Of a stretch of DNA of 64,000 nt, positions 10,801-19,955 are shown in pieces (within the stretch, counting starts at the first letter, position 1; every line of letters starts with the position of its first letter). The translations under genes and the position numbers were made by a program. Source of the DNA: an uncultured Sorangium sp. (GTDB lineage Bacteria > Myxococcota_A > Polyangia > Polyangiales > Polyangiaceae); assembly GCA_966250485.1 (NCBI GenBank), contig CBINHN010000004.1:99726-163725 (forward strand), written 5' to 3'. Below the pieces are notes generated by a model. It did no database searches, was not told where the DNA came from, and saw only the letters and a list, made by a program, of their open reading frames with translations.

Positions 10801-13800
10801 ACGGGAGATCGTGTCCGCAGCCTTGGCGCGCTCCAAACGATCGGCACGCAGCTCCCTGGCTTCCAGCAGGAGCTCCCCGTCGTCGTTCATCAGGCGGAGG
10901 TCGACGAGCACCGAACCTTCGCGCGGCGCTCCGACGCGCTCCGCGAGCGCCCAGAGCCGACGATCGCGCTCGGGCGCGAACGGTCGCACGATGCGCAGAC
11001 GACCCACCTCTGTCGGCAAAAACGTGTCGTCTGCGCGCGCTTCGGGGCCGGCGAACAAACCGCCCAGGGCCTGGAACGCGGCGTCGGCGAGCGCCGGGTG
11101 CAGGCGGTACCCAGCGCGCTCCGGGATTCCCGCGGGCACGTGAATTTCCGCGAGCGCCGCGGGTTCGCTACGCCACAGCGAGTGAATGCCTTGGAAAGCG
11201 GGACCGTAGCTTAGACCTTGGCCGACCAGCGCGGCGTAGTACTCTGCGCCGGAGACCACCTCGGCGAAGGCCTCGCTCGGCGGGCGACGCATCGGCTCGG
11301 GGACGGCATCCGGGTCCGCTTCGGCCAGTAGCAACGTACCTTCCGCGTGCAGCGTCCAGCTCGGCGCGCTCTGCGCAGCGGTTTCGCGGCTGAAGAATCG
11401 GACGCTGGCGCGGCCCGCGCCCGCGCTCTCCAACACGAGCTCCAGAGTCCGACTCGTGGCGTCGTCCAACACCAGGGCGCGCCGAAAGGAGAACGAGTGA
11501 ATAGCGTGCACGCCCGCGCCGAACACGTCTTCCGCGGCAGCGAGCGCCATCTCGAGATAAGCGGTGGCCGGGAGCAGCGCCAGGCCCTGCACGCGGTGGT
11601 CATTCAGATAGGGAAAGCTTGCCAGGCTGAGCTCGGACTTCCACAGCACCGTGCCTGGCTGAGCGGCGTGATCCACGCGAATCCCGAGCAACGGATGGCC
11701 GCTGAAGGTGGCGTTATCGACGCTGGCCGCCGACGGAGCAGCGCGTCCGCCTTCTACCCAATGGCGCTCGCGCTGCCACGGATAGCGCGGCAGCGGCAGC
11801 AGGTCTCCGGGCGGATGAAGCTTTTCCCAGGCGATCGTGCGACCGCGCACGTAAAGCTCGGCGAGCACCGTCAGCACGGCTCTCGTCTGCGCCTCGCCGC
11901 GGCGCAGCGACGCTAGGACATGCCCGGAACGCCCGGCACGCCGCAGGCCGTCTTCGAGCGCGGGCGCGAGCACCGGATGCGGAGCGAGCTCGAGGAACAG
12001 CTCGTGCTCGCTCTCGAGCAAGCGCTCGACGGCGAGTGAAAAGAGCACCGGTTCGTTGAGGTGCTTGACCCAGTACTCGCTCGTCAGCTCGCTGCCCTCG
12101 CAGCGACCGCCGAGCACGCTCGAGTACAACGGCAACGTCGCGGGTCGCGGCCGCAGCTCGGCCAGCTCGCCCGCGAGCCGTGCGGCGACCTCGCGCATCT
12201 GCGGGCTGTGCGACGCCACGTTCGCCACGCCCCAACCGCAGAACACGCCTTTTTCGCTGAGCTCGTCGAGCAACGCCTCGAGGCTCGCCGGATCACCCGA
12301 CAATACTGTCGAACGCGGGCCGTTGCTGACGGCGATGAACACGCGATCGGCGCGGGATTGGATCGCCTCGCGCGCCTGCGCGAGCGACAGCTCGACGACT
12401 GCCATGGCACCCTCGCCGCTCGCCCCCGCCAGCAGCGCCGATCGCCGGCAAACCAGCCGTGCGCCCTCCGCGCGCGTCAGCGCACCCGCGAAGCACGCCG
12501 CCGCGATCTCTCCCATACTATGACCCACCACGGCATCGGGTTCGACGCCCAAGCTACGCAGATACTCGGCCACGGAGAGCTGCAACGCGAACAGCACGGG
12601 TTGGAAGATCTCGATGCGCTCGAGCCAGTCCGCGTCGGAGCGATGAATCATGTCGAGCAGCGACCAGCTGACGTGCGGGGCGATGGCCTGCGCGCAGGCT
12701 TCGAACGTGCCGCGAAAGAGCGGCTCGTCGAGCAGCTCACGGCCCATGCCGAGCCATTGGGACCCGTGCGGTGAGAACACGAACACCAACTTCGGACGCG
12801 CCGCTGCGTTCAGCGCGCCGCTGAGTATGCCCGGACGGCCTTGACCGCCCGCGTACTGCTCGAGCTCATGAGCGAGCTCCGCCGCGCTCGAGCCGATGAC
12901 GACGAGGCGCTGATCGTGGTGACTGCGCCGCACGCTCGCGCTGTAACAAAAGTCGCGTAAGGAGACGCCGGACGACAGCGCTGCAGCGTAAGCGCCGGCC
13001 AAGCTCTTCAGCGCCGCCTGCGTGTGGGCAGAGAGCGGCAGTAGATGAGTCGAGCCGGACGACTCCGTCGGATCGCGCTCCGGCTCACGCGACGGCTCGA
13101 GCATCGCCTCGAGCACCGCGTGGGCATTGGTGCCGCCGAAGCCGAACGAGCTGACGCCGGCGATTCGCCGGCCCGCGATGGGAGACCACGCCGTGAGCTC
13201 GGTCGGAACACGGAGCGGGAGCTGATCCCACGCGATGAAGGGGCTCGGCTGCTCGAAATGGAGGTGGGCAGGCAGCGCGCCGTGCTGCAGCGCCAGGGCG
13301 GTCTTGATCACGCTGGCGACGCCCGCAGCAGCCTCTAGGTGCCCCAGGTTCGTCTTCACGGATCCCAGCCAGAACGGCTGATCCGCGGGGCGGCCTTGCG
13401 CGAGCACGCGCCCGAGCGCCCCGACTTCGATGGGATCACCGAGCGCTGTGCCCGTGCCGTGCGCCTCGACGTAACCGACGAGCCCGGGCTCTACGCGCGC
13501 GTTGGCGAGCGCCTGGCGAATCACGGCCTCCTGAGCGACGCCGTTCGGCGCGGTGAGCCCGTTCGAGCGCCCGTCGTGGTTGGTCGCGGAGCCGCGCACC
13601 AAGCAGTAAATCTTGTCACGATCGCGCTGCGCGTCACTGAGGCGCTTCAGCACGAGCACGCCGCAGCCTTCCCCGCGCGCATAGCCGTCGGCGCGCGCGT
13701 CGAACGTCTTGCAGCGACCGTCGGGAGCCAGCGCCTTCACGGTCGAGAAGTAGACGAACGACTCGGGGCTGAGGATCAGGTTTACGCCCGCGACGATGGC

Positions 13801-14487
13801 CAGCGCGCACTCCTGACTGCGCAAGCTCTGGCAGGCGAGGTGGAGCGCAACCAGCGAGGACGAGCACGCCGTATCGATCGCGATCGATGGCCCCTGCAGG
13901 CCCAGGACGTACGACAGACGACCGGCCGCGACGCTCGCGGCGGTCCCCGTGCCGAAGTAGGCATCCATCTCTTTCGGGTCGTTCGGCAAGAGCTCGAGGT
14001 AGTCATTCGAGCTCATGCCGACGAACACTCCGCTCGCGCTGCCGCCGAGCTGATCCTTGCGTATCCCCGCGTCCTCCAGCGCTTCCCAGGTGACTTCCAG
14101 CAGCAGGCGTTGCTGCGGATCCAGACTCTGCGCCTCGCGCGGGGCGATACCGAAAAACTCCGCGTCGAACTGCGACACATCGCCCAAGAAGCCGCCGCGC
14201 TCCGTGTAGGTCTTACCGGGCGTGCCCGGGCTGGCGTCGTAGAAGGCGGCGCTGTCCCAACGACCCGCCGGGACATCCGCGGTGGCGTCGACCCCAGCGC
14301 ACAGCAGGCGCCAGAAGGCCTCGGGGTCCGTCGCGCCGCCCGGGAAACGGCAGCTCATCCCGACGAGGGCGAGCGGCTCGGCGTCGCGGCCGCGCAGCGC
14401 GTCGAGCTGGGCGCGCAGCTCCTTCAGCGCCAGGACGGAGCGCTGCAGCGGCGAAAGGTCCTGAAGTTCTCGTGAAGGCTCGGTCAT
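7813..14487 (-). CDS. Type I PKS, one fully reducing module: KS-AT-DH-ER-KR-ACP
   Basis: Track ORF 7813..14673. I trimmed the start to the ATG at 14487 (MTEPSRELQDLSPLQRSVLALKELRAQLDAL), because the upstream PKS ends at 14531. Motifs: [27 protein letters not shown]; AT GHSMGE plus ANVASHS, with an atypical FSPHGSQW in place of PGQGSQW; DH HPLLGIRV, LNDHRVQGLALLPATAY, LSYGPAF, HPALADAAFQ; ER LIHSAAGGTGLAALRLAQ; [13 protein letters not shown] with LAD in place of LDD; ACP LGLDSLMALE. Approximate nt spans: KS 13108-14379, AT 11824-12792, DH 10819-11700, ER 9076-10041, KR 8479-9012, ACP 7969-8196. Confidence 0.95.
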   Translation of the reverse strand: MTEPSRELQDLSPLQRSVLALKELRAQLDALRGRDAEPLALVGMSCRFPGGATDPEAFWRLLCAGVDATADVPAGRWDSAAFYDASPGTPGKTYTERGGFLGDVSQFDAEFFGIAPREAQSLDPQQRLLLEVTWEALEDAGIRKDQLGGSASGVFVGMSSNDYLELLPNDPKEMDAYFGTGTAASVAAGRLSYVLGLQGPSIAIDTACSSSLVALHLACQSLRSQECALAIVAGVNLILSPESFVYFSTVKALAPDGRCKTFDARADGYARGEGCGVLVLKRLSDAQRDRDKIYCLVRGSATNHDGRSNGLTAPNGVAQEAVIRQALANARVEPGLVGYVEAHGTGTALGDPIEVGALGRVLAQGRPADQPFWLGSVKTNLGHLEAAAGVASVIKTALALQHGALPAHLHFEQPSPFIAWDQLPLRVPTELTAWSPIAGRRIAGVSSFGFGGTNAHAVLEAMLEPSREPERDPTESSGSTHLLPLSAHTQAALKSLAGAYAAALSSGVSLRDFCYSASVRRSHHDQRLVVIGSSAAELAHELEQYAGGQGRPGILSGALNAAARPKLVFVFSPHGSQWLGMGRELLDEPLFRGTFEACAQAIAPHVSWSLLDMIHRSDADWLERIEIFQPVLFALQLSVAEYLRSLGVEPDAVVGHSMGEIAAACFAGALTRAEGARLVCRRSALLAGASGEGAMAVVELSLAQAREAIQSRADRVFIAVSNGPRSTVLSGDPASLEALLDELSEKGVFCGWGVANVASHSPQMREVAARLAGELAELRPRPATLPLYSSVLGGRCEGSELTSEYWVKHLNEPVLFSLAVERLLESEHELFLELAPHPVLAPALEDGLRRAGRSGHVLASLRRGEAQTRAVLTVLAELYVRGRTIAWEKLHPPGDLLPLPRYPWQRERHWVEGGRAAPSAASVDNATFSGHPLLGIRVDHAAQPGTVLWKSELSLASFPYLNDHRVQGLALLPATAYLEMALAAAEDVFGAGVHAIHSFSFRRALVLDDATSRTLELVLESAGAGRASVRFFSRETAAQSAPSWTLHAEGTLLLAEADPDAVPEPMRRPPSEAFAEVVSGAEYYAALVGQGLSYGPAFQGIHSLWRSEPAALAEIHVPAGIPERAGYRLHPALADAAFQALGGLFAGPEARADDTFLPTEVGRLRIVRPFAPERDRRLWALAERVGAPREGSVLVDLRLMNDDGELLLEARELRADRLERAKAADTISRWLFERAWQAEPLSMLQAQRSEAGSASPASGGIEGAWLLLADRRGLARGLARTLEARGGSPVLAWAGENYRQIEPGQFEIDPLNPEHHRRLLQDVQSFGPLRVVLHCASVDAPRGDALDCPGLERAQDVGSVGVVHMVQALAKAGLRNPPRIWLCTQDAMGVVDGDGVGGLAQAPLWGLARVIVQEHPEFRCSCCDLGAVEDGTLDARDVSALVEELCADGADDQVALRRGERRVARLTRAELEDGVETTAALGHRFRLEIDKPGLLERLQLTPSETRSLAAGEVEIEVAYAGLNFLDVLSAMGLRPGGGDRLPLGFECSGRVVRLGDGVRGLALGDEVIAVAEHAFASHVITSSELVVRKPARLTWEQAAGVAGCFMTAYAALCQAGRLGAGERVLIHSAAGGTGLAALRLAQRVGAEVFATAGSEQKREYLRALGVRHVMDSRSLDFVAQTLRDSAGQGVDVVLNALTDTAMIKSLELLAPFGRFLEIGKKEIFENSRLPLAPFKRGLSYVAIDIATLTAERPAAAGALLREVVSLFEEESFEPLPTTSFPISRVSDAFRFMANAQHIGKIVLNVRDPEARLRRPSTASALSSEASYLITGGLGGLGLAAARWLVRRGARHLVLVGRRQPSASAESAIASLRAEGARVDVECFDVASEPELTRVVRGLADSGRSLRGVIHAAGVLADATLLKQSRAHFQKVNTAKLNGAFVLARVTRAAPLDFFVLYSSAAALLGSAGQANYAAANAFLDALAAQRRARALPALSVNWGPFSDTGLVADASRSERFAARGLAALSAAQGLAALERALASERSGLAIMAFDTRQWCQFFPKLAKTPFLRVLLADVAGGSLAESEGQVRNRLRSSAATERVAALEGYLREELARVLRLPEARIANSAPFNTLGLDSLMALELRNRLEVGLALSLPATLVWAHPTVTALARHLLEKLGLEVAAVLDDAPATSAVEVAAGADAALARINELSDEQVEQLFLANFGQKG

Positions 14488-14530
14488 GGTTGGGCTCGCT
14501 TTATCGTCACCGCTTCGGCGAAGCGCATCA

Positions 14531-17500
14531 TCACGTGCCGCGCGCGAGACGCGCGATCTCTTCGTCGACGGCCGCGCCGAGCTCTTGCTCGGAGAGCCGT
14601 GTAATCTCGGCGAGCGAGATGCCTGACACCACCGCTGGCGCCGAGGCCGGCGCCGAGGTCGATGTCGGGCCATCGCACGCGAGCTGGTTCAGCAGGTAAT
14701 CGCTGACCTCCTCGATGCTCGGATAATTGAACAGCAACGCCGGTGGCAAGGCGCGCCCGACGCCGCGCGCGAGCGCCTTCGAGAGGCTCAGCGCCATCAA
14801 CGAGTCGAGGCCGAAGTTGCGCAGCGGCACACGCGGATCGAGCTGCCCTGCTTCGGCATGACCGAGCACCAGCGCGGACTGCTCTTGCACGAAGCGCCGC
14901 ACGATATCGCGACGCTCGGCGCCGCGCGCACTCTGCAAACGATCGAGCAAGAGCGATGACTCGTCTGCGGCTTCGCTGAGACGGGCGCGCGGCCACTCGC
15001 CGTGCAGGATCGCGACCTCAGGGCTCGGCTGCTCGGGGTCGAGAGCACCCGCGAGCGCGGCGAGCGCACTGTCTTTCTGCATCGCGCGCAGGCCGAGCGC
15101 CGAGAGCCGCTCGCCGTCGCGGGCGCTCAAGCGGGCGGTCATCCCGAGCTGCGCGAACGGGCCAAAATTCACGGACAACGCCGGCAAGCCGCGGGCTCGC
15201 CGTACGAACGCAAAGGCGTCGAGGAACGCGTTGGCTGCTGCGTAGTTGCTCTGCCCAACCGAGCCCAGGACGGACGCTATGGACGAGCACATGACGAAGA
15301 AATCGAGCGCTAGGCCCTCACTCTCCGCGTGCAGCCAGCGAGCGCCGAGGGCCTTCGCCGCAAATACCCGCTCGAACCGCTGCATCGTTTGCTGCGCGAT
15401 GACGCCGTCGTCGAGCGCGCCGGCGGCGTGCACGATGCCGCGCAGCGGCGGCAACTTCGACTTGAGGCTGAGCATCAGCGCGGCGACCTGGTCGCGCTGC
15501 GCGACATCAACGCTGAACGTCGAGATTTCTGCGCCGAGCGCGGACAACGCGCGGAGCTGCTCGCGTACCGCCGGGGAGGGCTCACTGCGCTGCACGAGCG
15601 CGATGTGCCGCGCACCTCGCTCCGCCAGCCAGCGCGCCAGCGCGATGCCCACGCCACCAAGGCCGCCCGTGATCAGATAGCCGCCATCGGCACGGATCAG
15701 AGCGCGTACCTCGGGCGCTTCCGCTTGGACGCGCTGCCACGTGAGCGACAGGCATTGGCCGCCGCGCAAGGCGAGCTCGCTCTGCGGCTGGCCGGCGAGC
15801 AGCACGCGCGCCAAGCGCGCCGCATCCACCGGCGAGCGGGGATCCAGGTCAATCAGGCCGCCCCACGAGTTCGGATATTCGAGCGCCGCGCTGCGCGCGA
15901 AGCCCCACAGCGGAGCCTGGGCCAACAGGCCAGCAGCGTCGCCGACGTCGCCCACCTCGAGCGCTTGTCCGCCTCGCGTTACGACCCAGAAGCGCGCGTC
16001 CGGCAACAGCTCGCTCGCGCAGCGAAACTGCGTCAGCAGCGTGGCAAGCTGCTGCCTGGCTCCGTCCTCCTCGTCCGTCGCATCCTCCGGCTCCGCTAGA
16101 TGAACGACGCCGCGCCAGGCTGCGGAGCGCGCCGCCGCCGTGGCTTCGCGCAGCCCCTCGCGCGCTTCGACTTCGTCGCTCGCGCTCAGCAACCAGGCGC
16201 GCTGGCCGCTAGCTTCCAGCGCCTGTACGAGGCTCCGGCCGAAGCCCGTAGCGCGAGCGCAGATCAACCAAGCGCCCGGCGCTGCAGCGGGTAGGCGTGG
16301 CTCTGCCGCGGGGCGCCAAACGGGTACGTAGCGCTGCGCCGCGCGCTCGACCGTCGCGAGCGTGCGCCGCACGCATAGGCCCTCCATGGCGATGACGAGC
16401 TCCCCCGCTTCGTCGCAGAGCTCGACGTCCCCGGTGAAGACCTCGCCAGCCTCGGCCGCGGAGGAGGACCGCAGCCGCGCACGGCACGTTCGCGGCGTGC
16501 CGCGGCCCGGATAAAAGCAAAAGCGCTCGATCCCGAGCGGCACGTACAGCGAATCCGCTTTCGCGAAGCGCTCCCATGCCACTCCGAACAGCTGAAAACA
16601 AGCATCGATGAGACCCGGGTGCAGCACGTAGCTTTCGGCGACGTCTCGCGCGCGTGGCGCGCGCACGACGCCAAGGGCCTCGCAGTCGCCTCGCGTCACT
16701 GAAGCGAGCCATTGAAAGCTCGGACCGAGCTCGTAGCCGCGCTCGCGCATGTCGGCGTAGAAGCTGTCGCCGCTCAGCGGCTGCGGCGCGTCGCCGCTCT
16801 GCGTCGAAAGCTGCCCCGCGGGAGCACGCGCCTCCGCCCGCTCGGCACGCGTCGCCTCCATGTGCGCGTACCACGGTGTATCGGCGTCGCTCGTCAGCGG
16901 CTGGCTGGCGATGAGCACCGTCGGTTCCTCGGCGACGCGGCGTTCTAGCGTTTGAACGACGTAAGCGTCCGTCCCCGTCAAGATCAGCGGCTCGCGAAAC
17001 ACGATATTTAGCAGCGCGCTCTGCTCACGCCCCGTGGCGCGCGCGGCGAGCAGCCACATCGCCAGGTACCCTGCGGCGGGGAAGATCACCTGGCCGCGCA
17101 GGACGTGCTCACGGATGGGTTCACTGCCGGCGCTGAGCTCCGATTCGAAGATGCAGTCTCCCGCTGCCGAACGTCGGCGTTCACCGAGCAGCGCGTGCTG
17201 GCGCTCCTTGGCGGGCGGTGTGCGCGCGGCTATCACCCGCGAGGTCCTGCGCCGCAGGCTCGTGCCCTGAAACGGATACGCCGGCAAGCTCACACGTCGG
17301 CGCTGACGTTCCGCGTCGATGCGGCTCCAATCGAGCTCTGCGCCGCGAACGAAGAGCGCGCCCAGGCTTTGAAACAGCTGACGGCAGTCGCTGTGCCCGC
17401 GCCGCAGCGACGGCAACCAATCCAGCCCTGCGCTGCCGAGCGCCCGTTGACCCAGGCTCGTCAGCACCGGCTGCGGACCGAGCTCGATGAATGCGTTGCA

Positions 17501-19945
17501 GCCCAGCTCCTTCAGCGTCGCCAGCCCCGCTCCGAATCGCACCGTCTCCCGAGCCTGCCGCCGCCAGTACTTCCCGTCCGGCGCGTCTCCCTTCACGCGA
17601 CCGCTCACGTTCGAGACCAGCGCCAGCCGCGGCGCCCGCGACTCCACCCCACCACACGCTCGCTCGAACTCGTCCAGTATCTCGTCCAGCGCCGCCGAAT
17701 GGAACGCATGCGACGTCTTCACCTTCCGCGTCTTCAAACCTCGCTCCGCGCAGCGCTCACCAAGCAGCCCGAGCGCAGCCTCCGGTCCCGAGTACACCCA
17801 CTCCCCTCCCCCGTTCTCCGCTGCCACGCTCAGCCCCCATTCCTCCACGCACAGCTCCCTCACTTCCTCCTCTTCCCCGAACACCGCCAGCATCCCGCCG
17901 CCGCTCTTCGCTCGCTGCATCAGCCTCCCTCGCTCACTCACCAGCCGCATCGCCGCTTCCGGCTCCAAGCACCCAGCAACCGTCGCCGCAACGTATTCAC
18001 CCACGCTGTGCCCGAGCACCGCCGCCGGCTCTACTCCCCACGACTGCCATAACTTGCTCAGCGCGTACCCGATCGCGAACAACGCCGGCTGCGCGTGCTC
18101 CGTACGCTCTAGCTCCTCCTCTCCTCCTTCGCCGTTCATCACTCGCCACAGCGCTCCACCGTCTCCTAGCTCCCCCAAGCACCGCTCCAGCTCCCGACGA
18201 AAAACTCCCTCCGCTTCGTACAGCTCACGCCCCATCCTCACGTACTGCGATCCCTGTCCCGTGCACAAAAATCCGACCTTCAGCGCGTCACACCCGCTGG
18301 GCGGGGAATGCTCCGGCTGCGCGGCGCTCGCGCGCTCCAGCGCCGCCCGAGCTTCCCGCTCGGAGCTCGCGACGATGGCCAGCCGCGTCGGGAACGCGGT
18401 CCTCGTGGTGTTGGAGGTGAAACAAACGTCGGCAAGTGAGCTCTCTGGGTGCTCCGCGAGGTACTTCGCGTAGCGCTGAGCGAGCGCGCTCAGCGTCCGC
18501 GGGTTGCGCGCGGAGAGCAGCAGCAACGAAGCGGAACGATCCGCGCTGGCGGGCGCCGCAGCCTCCACGGCGGGGGCCTGCTCCACGATGACGTGCGCGT
18601 TCGTACCGCCGAACCCGAACGAGCTCACGGCGGCGCAGCGCCGGGAGCCTGCTGGCCATTGCGCAGCTTCGAGCGGAACGAAGAAACGGCAACCATCCAG
18701 CGCGAGGCTCGGGTTGAGTCGCTGAAAATGTAGATGCGGGAAGATCCTCGCGTGCTCCACGGAAAGGACGGCTTTGAGCAGCCCCGCAATACCCGCAGCG
18801 CCCTCCAGGTGACCGAAGTTCGTCTTCACCGAGCCGAGCGCACAAGGCAGCGACCCCCGACCGTAGACCTCGCGCAACGCGTCGACCTCGATGGGATCGC
18901 CGAGCACCGTGCCCGTGCCGTGCGCCTCGATGTACGCCACCTGGTCTGCGTCGAGACCGGCGTTCTCGAGCGCGCCGCGGATCAGCGCCACTTGCGCCAA
19001 AAGGTTCGGAGCCGTCAAGCCATTGGAGCGGCCATCCTGGTTCACGGCGGAGCCGCGGATCACCGCATGGATGATGTCGCGATCACGCAGCGCGTCCGCG
19101 AGCCGCTTGAGCACGACGACCCCGCAGCCCTCGCCGCGAACATAGCCGTCGGCGCGCGCGTCGAACGTCTTGCAGCGCCCGTCGGCAGCCATCATGCGAG
19201 CCTTGGAAAGCGCGATGTTGCCCTCGGGCTCCAGCACCACGTTGACGCCCGCGGCGATGGCGAGATCGACCTCCCCGCTGCGCAGGCTCTGGCAAGCGAG
19301 GTGCACGGCGACGAGCGAGGAGGAACACGCCGTATCCACCGTCAGACTCGGACCACGCAGGTCGAGCAGATACGAAAAGCGGTTCGCGATGATGCTGTGT
19401 GCCGCGCCCGAGCTCGAGTACGCCTCGATGCTGGTCGGGTCCTGGAACTCGGTCACGGTGTGGTCGTTCGCGCAAGCGCCGACGAACACGCCGCTGGAGC
19501 TCCCCGCAAGGCTGGACGGCAATATGGCCGCGTCTTCCAGCGCTGACCAGGCGGTCTCCAGCAGCAACCGTTGCTGCGGGTCCATGCGCTGCGCCTCGCG
19601 CGGCGCGATGCCGAAGAACTCCGCGTCGAAGCGATAGGGATCGGCGAGCAGCGCCGCGTGACGGCTGTACATCTTGCCCGGGGCGTCAGGGTCGGCATCG
19701 TAGTAGGCGCCGAGATCCCAACGCGCCTCGGGGATCAACGAGACCGCGTCGCGGCCCTCGGAGAGCAGATGCAAGAAGCCGTCGAGACCATCGGCCTCGC
19801 CGGGAAAGCGACACGCCGCGCCGACGATCGCGATCGGCTCACGGCCGAGCCACTCCACGCCCTCGATGCGCGAGCGCAGCTGCTTGATCATCAGCGCGAC
19901 GCGGACGGGCGACAGGTTCGTGGGTCGATCCATCTCTCCAGCCAT
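14531..19945 (-). CDS. Type I PKS, one module: KS-AT(malonyl-type)-DH-KR-ACP
   Basis: Track ORF, ATG at 19945 (MAGEMDRPTNLSPVRVALMIKQLRSRIEG), 10 nt after the upstream stop. Motifs: [27 protein letters not shown]; AT GHSVGE plus KTSHAFHS; DH HALLGER, REHVLRGQVIFPAAGY, YELGPSF, HPGLIDACFQ; [16 protein letters not shown]; ACP FGLDSLMALS. Approximate nt spans: KS 18575-19840, AT 17327-18286, DH 16361-17197, KR 15146-15688, ACP 14681-14908. Confidence 0.95.
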   Translation of the reverse strand: MAGEMDRPTNLSPVRVALMIKQLRSRIEGVEWLGREPIAIVGAACRFPGEADGLDGFLHLLSEGRDAVSLIPEARWDLGAYYDADPDAPGKMYSRHAALLADPYRFDAEFFGIAPREAQRMDPQQRLLLETAWSALEDAAILPSSLAGSSSGVFVGACANDHTVTEFQDPTSIEAYSSSGAAHSIIANRFSYLLDLRGPSLTVDTACSSSLVAVHLACQSLRSGEVDLAIAAGVNVVLEPEGNIALSKARMMAADGRCKTFDARADGYVRGEGCGVVVLKRLADALRDRDIIHAVIRGSAVNQDGRSNGLTAPNLLAQVALIRGALENAGLDADQVAYIEAHGTGTVLGDPIEVDALREVYGRGSLPCALGSVKTNFGHLEGAAGIAGLLKAVLSVEHARIFPHLHFQRLNPSLALDGCRFFVPLEAAQWPAGSRRCAAVSSFGFGGTNAHVIVEQAPAVEAAAPASADRSASLLLLSARNPRTLSALAQRYAKYLAEHPESSLADVCFTSNTTRTAFPTRLAIVASSEREARAALERASAAQPEHSPPSGCDALKVGFLCTGQGSQYVRMGRELYEAEGVFRRELERCLGELGDGGALWRVMNGEGGEEELERTEHAQPALFAIGYALSKLWQSWGVEPAAVLGHSVGEYVAATVAGCLEPEAAMRLVSERGRLMQRAKSGGGMLAVFGEEEEVRELCVEEWGLSVAAENGGGEWVYSGPEAALGLLGERCAERGLKTRKVKTSHAFHSAALDEILDEFERACGGVESRAPRLALVSNVSGRVKGDAPDGKYWRRQARETVRFGAGLATLKELGCNAFIELGPQPVLTSLGQRALGSAGLDWLPSLRRGHSDCRQLFQSLGALFVRGAELDWSRIDAERQRRRVSLPAYPFQGTSLRRRTSRVIAARTPPAKERQHALLGERRRSAAGDCIFESELSAGSEPIREHVLRGQVIFPAAGYLAMWLLAARATGREQSALLNIVFREPLILTGTDAYVVQTLERRVAEEPTVLIASQPLTSDADTPWYAHMEATRAERAEARAPAGQLSTQSGDAPQPLSGDSFYADMRERGYELGPSFQWLASVTRGDCEALGVVRAPRARDVAESYVLHPGLIDACFQLFGVAWERFAKADSLYVPLGIERFCFYPGRGTPRTCRARLRSSSAAEAGEVFTGDVELCDEAGELVIAMEGLCVRRTLATVERAAQRYVPVWRPAAEPRLPAAAPGAWLICARATGFGRSLVQALEASGQRAWLLSASDEVEAREGLREATAAARSAAWRGVVHLAEPEDATDEEDGARQQLATLLTQFRCASELLPDARFWVVTRGGQALEVGDVGDAAGLLAQAPLWGFARSAALEYPNSWGGLIDLDPRSPVDAARLARVLLAGQPQSELALRGGQCLSLTWQRVQAEAPEVRALIRADGGYLITGGLGGVGIALARWLAERGARHIALVQRSEPSPAVREQLRALSALGAEISTFSVDVAQRDQVAALMLSLKSKLPPLRGIVHAAGALDDGVIAQQTMQRFERVFAAKALGARWLHAESEGLALDFFVMCSSIASVLGSVGQSNYAAANAFLDAFAFVRRARGLPALSVNFGPFAQLGMTARLSARDGERLSALGLRAMQKDSALAALAGALDPEQPSPEVAILHGEWPRARLSEAADESSLLLDRLQSARGAERRDIVRRFVQEQSALVLGHAEAGQLDPRVPLRNFGLDSLMALSLSKALARGVGRALPPALLFNYPSIEEVSDYLLNQLACDGPTSTSAPASAPAVVSGISLAEITRLSEQELGAAVDEEIARLARGT
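17327..18286. repeat. Copy A of a 960-bp perfect direct repeat (exactly one malonyl-type AT domain, 320 codons); partner 35034-35993
   Basis: The offset is 17707. The two PKS proteins are identical from ALKVGFLCTGQGSQ to FVRGAELDW and unrelated immediately outside. Shadow ORFs agree (17997..18182 = 35704..35889; most of 17491..18420 = 35198..36007). I saw no mismatch by eye. Confidence 0.93.
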
Positions 19946-19955
19946 GAGCTTCCCG

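Noticed and set aside
17327-18286. The perfect repeats might be insertion sequences, transposons or other mobile elements.
   Set aside because: Both repeat families are in frame inside PKS genes and encode intact AT domains. I saw no terminal inverted repeats, target duplications or transposase/integrase ORFs. Domain-level gene conversion explains them better.
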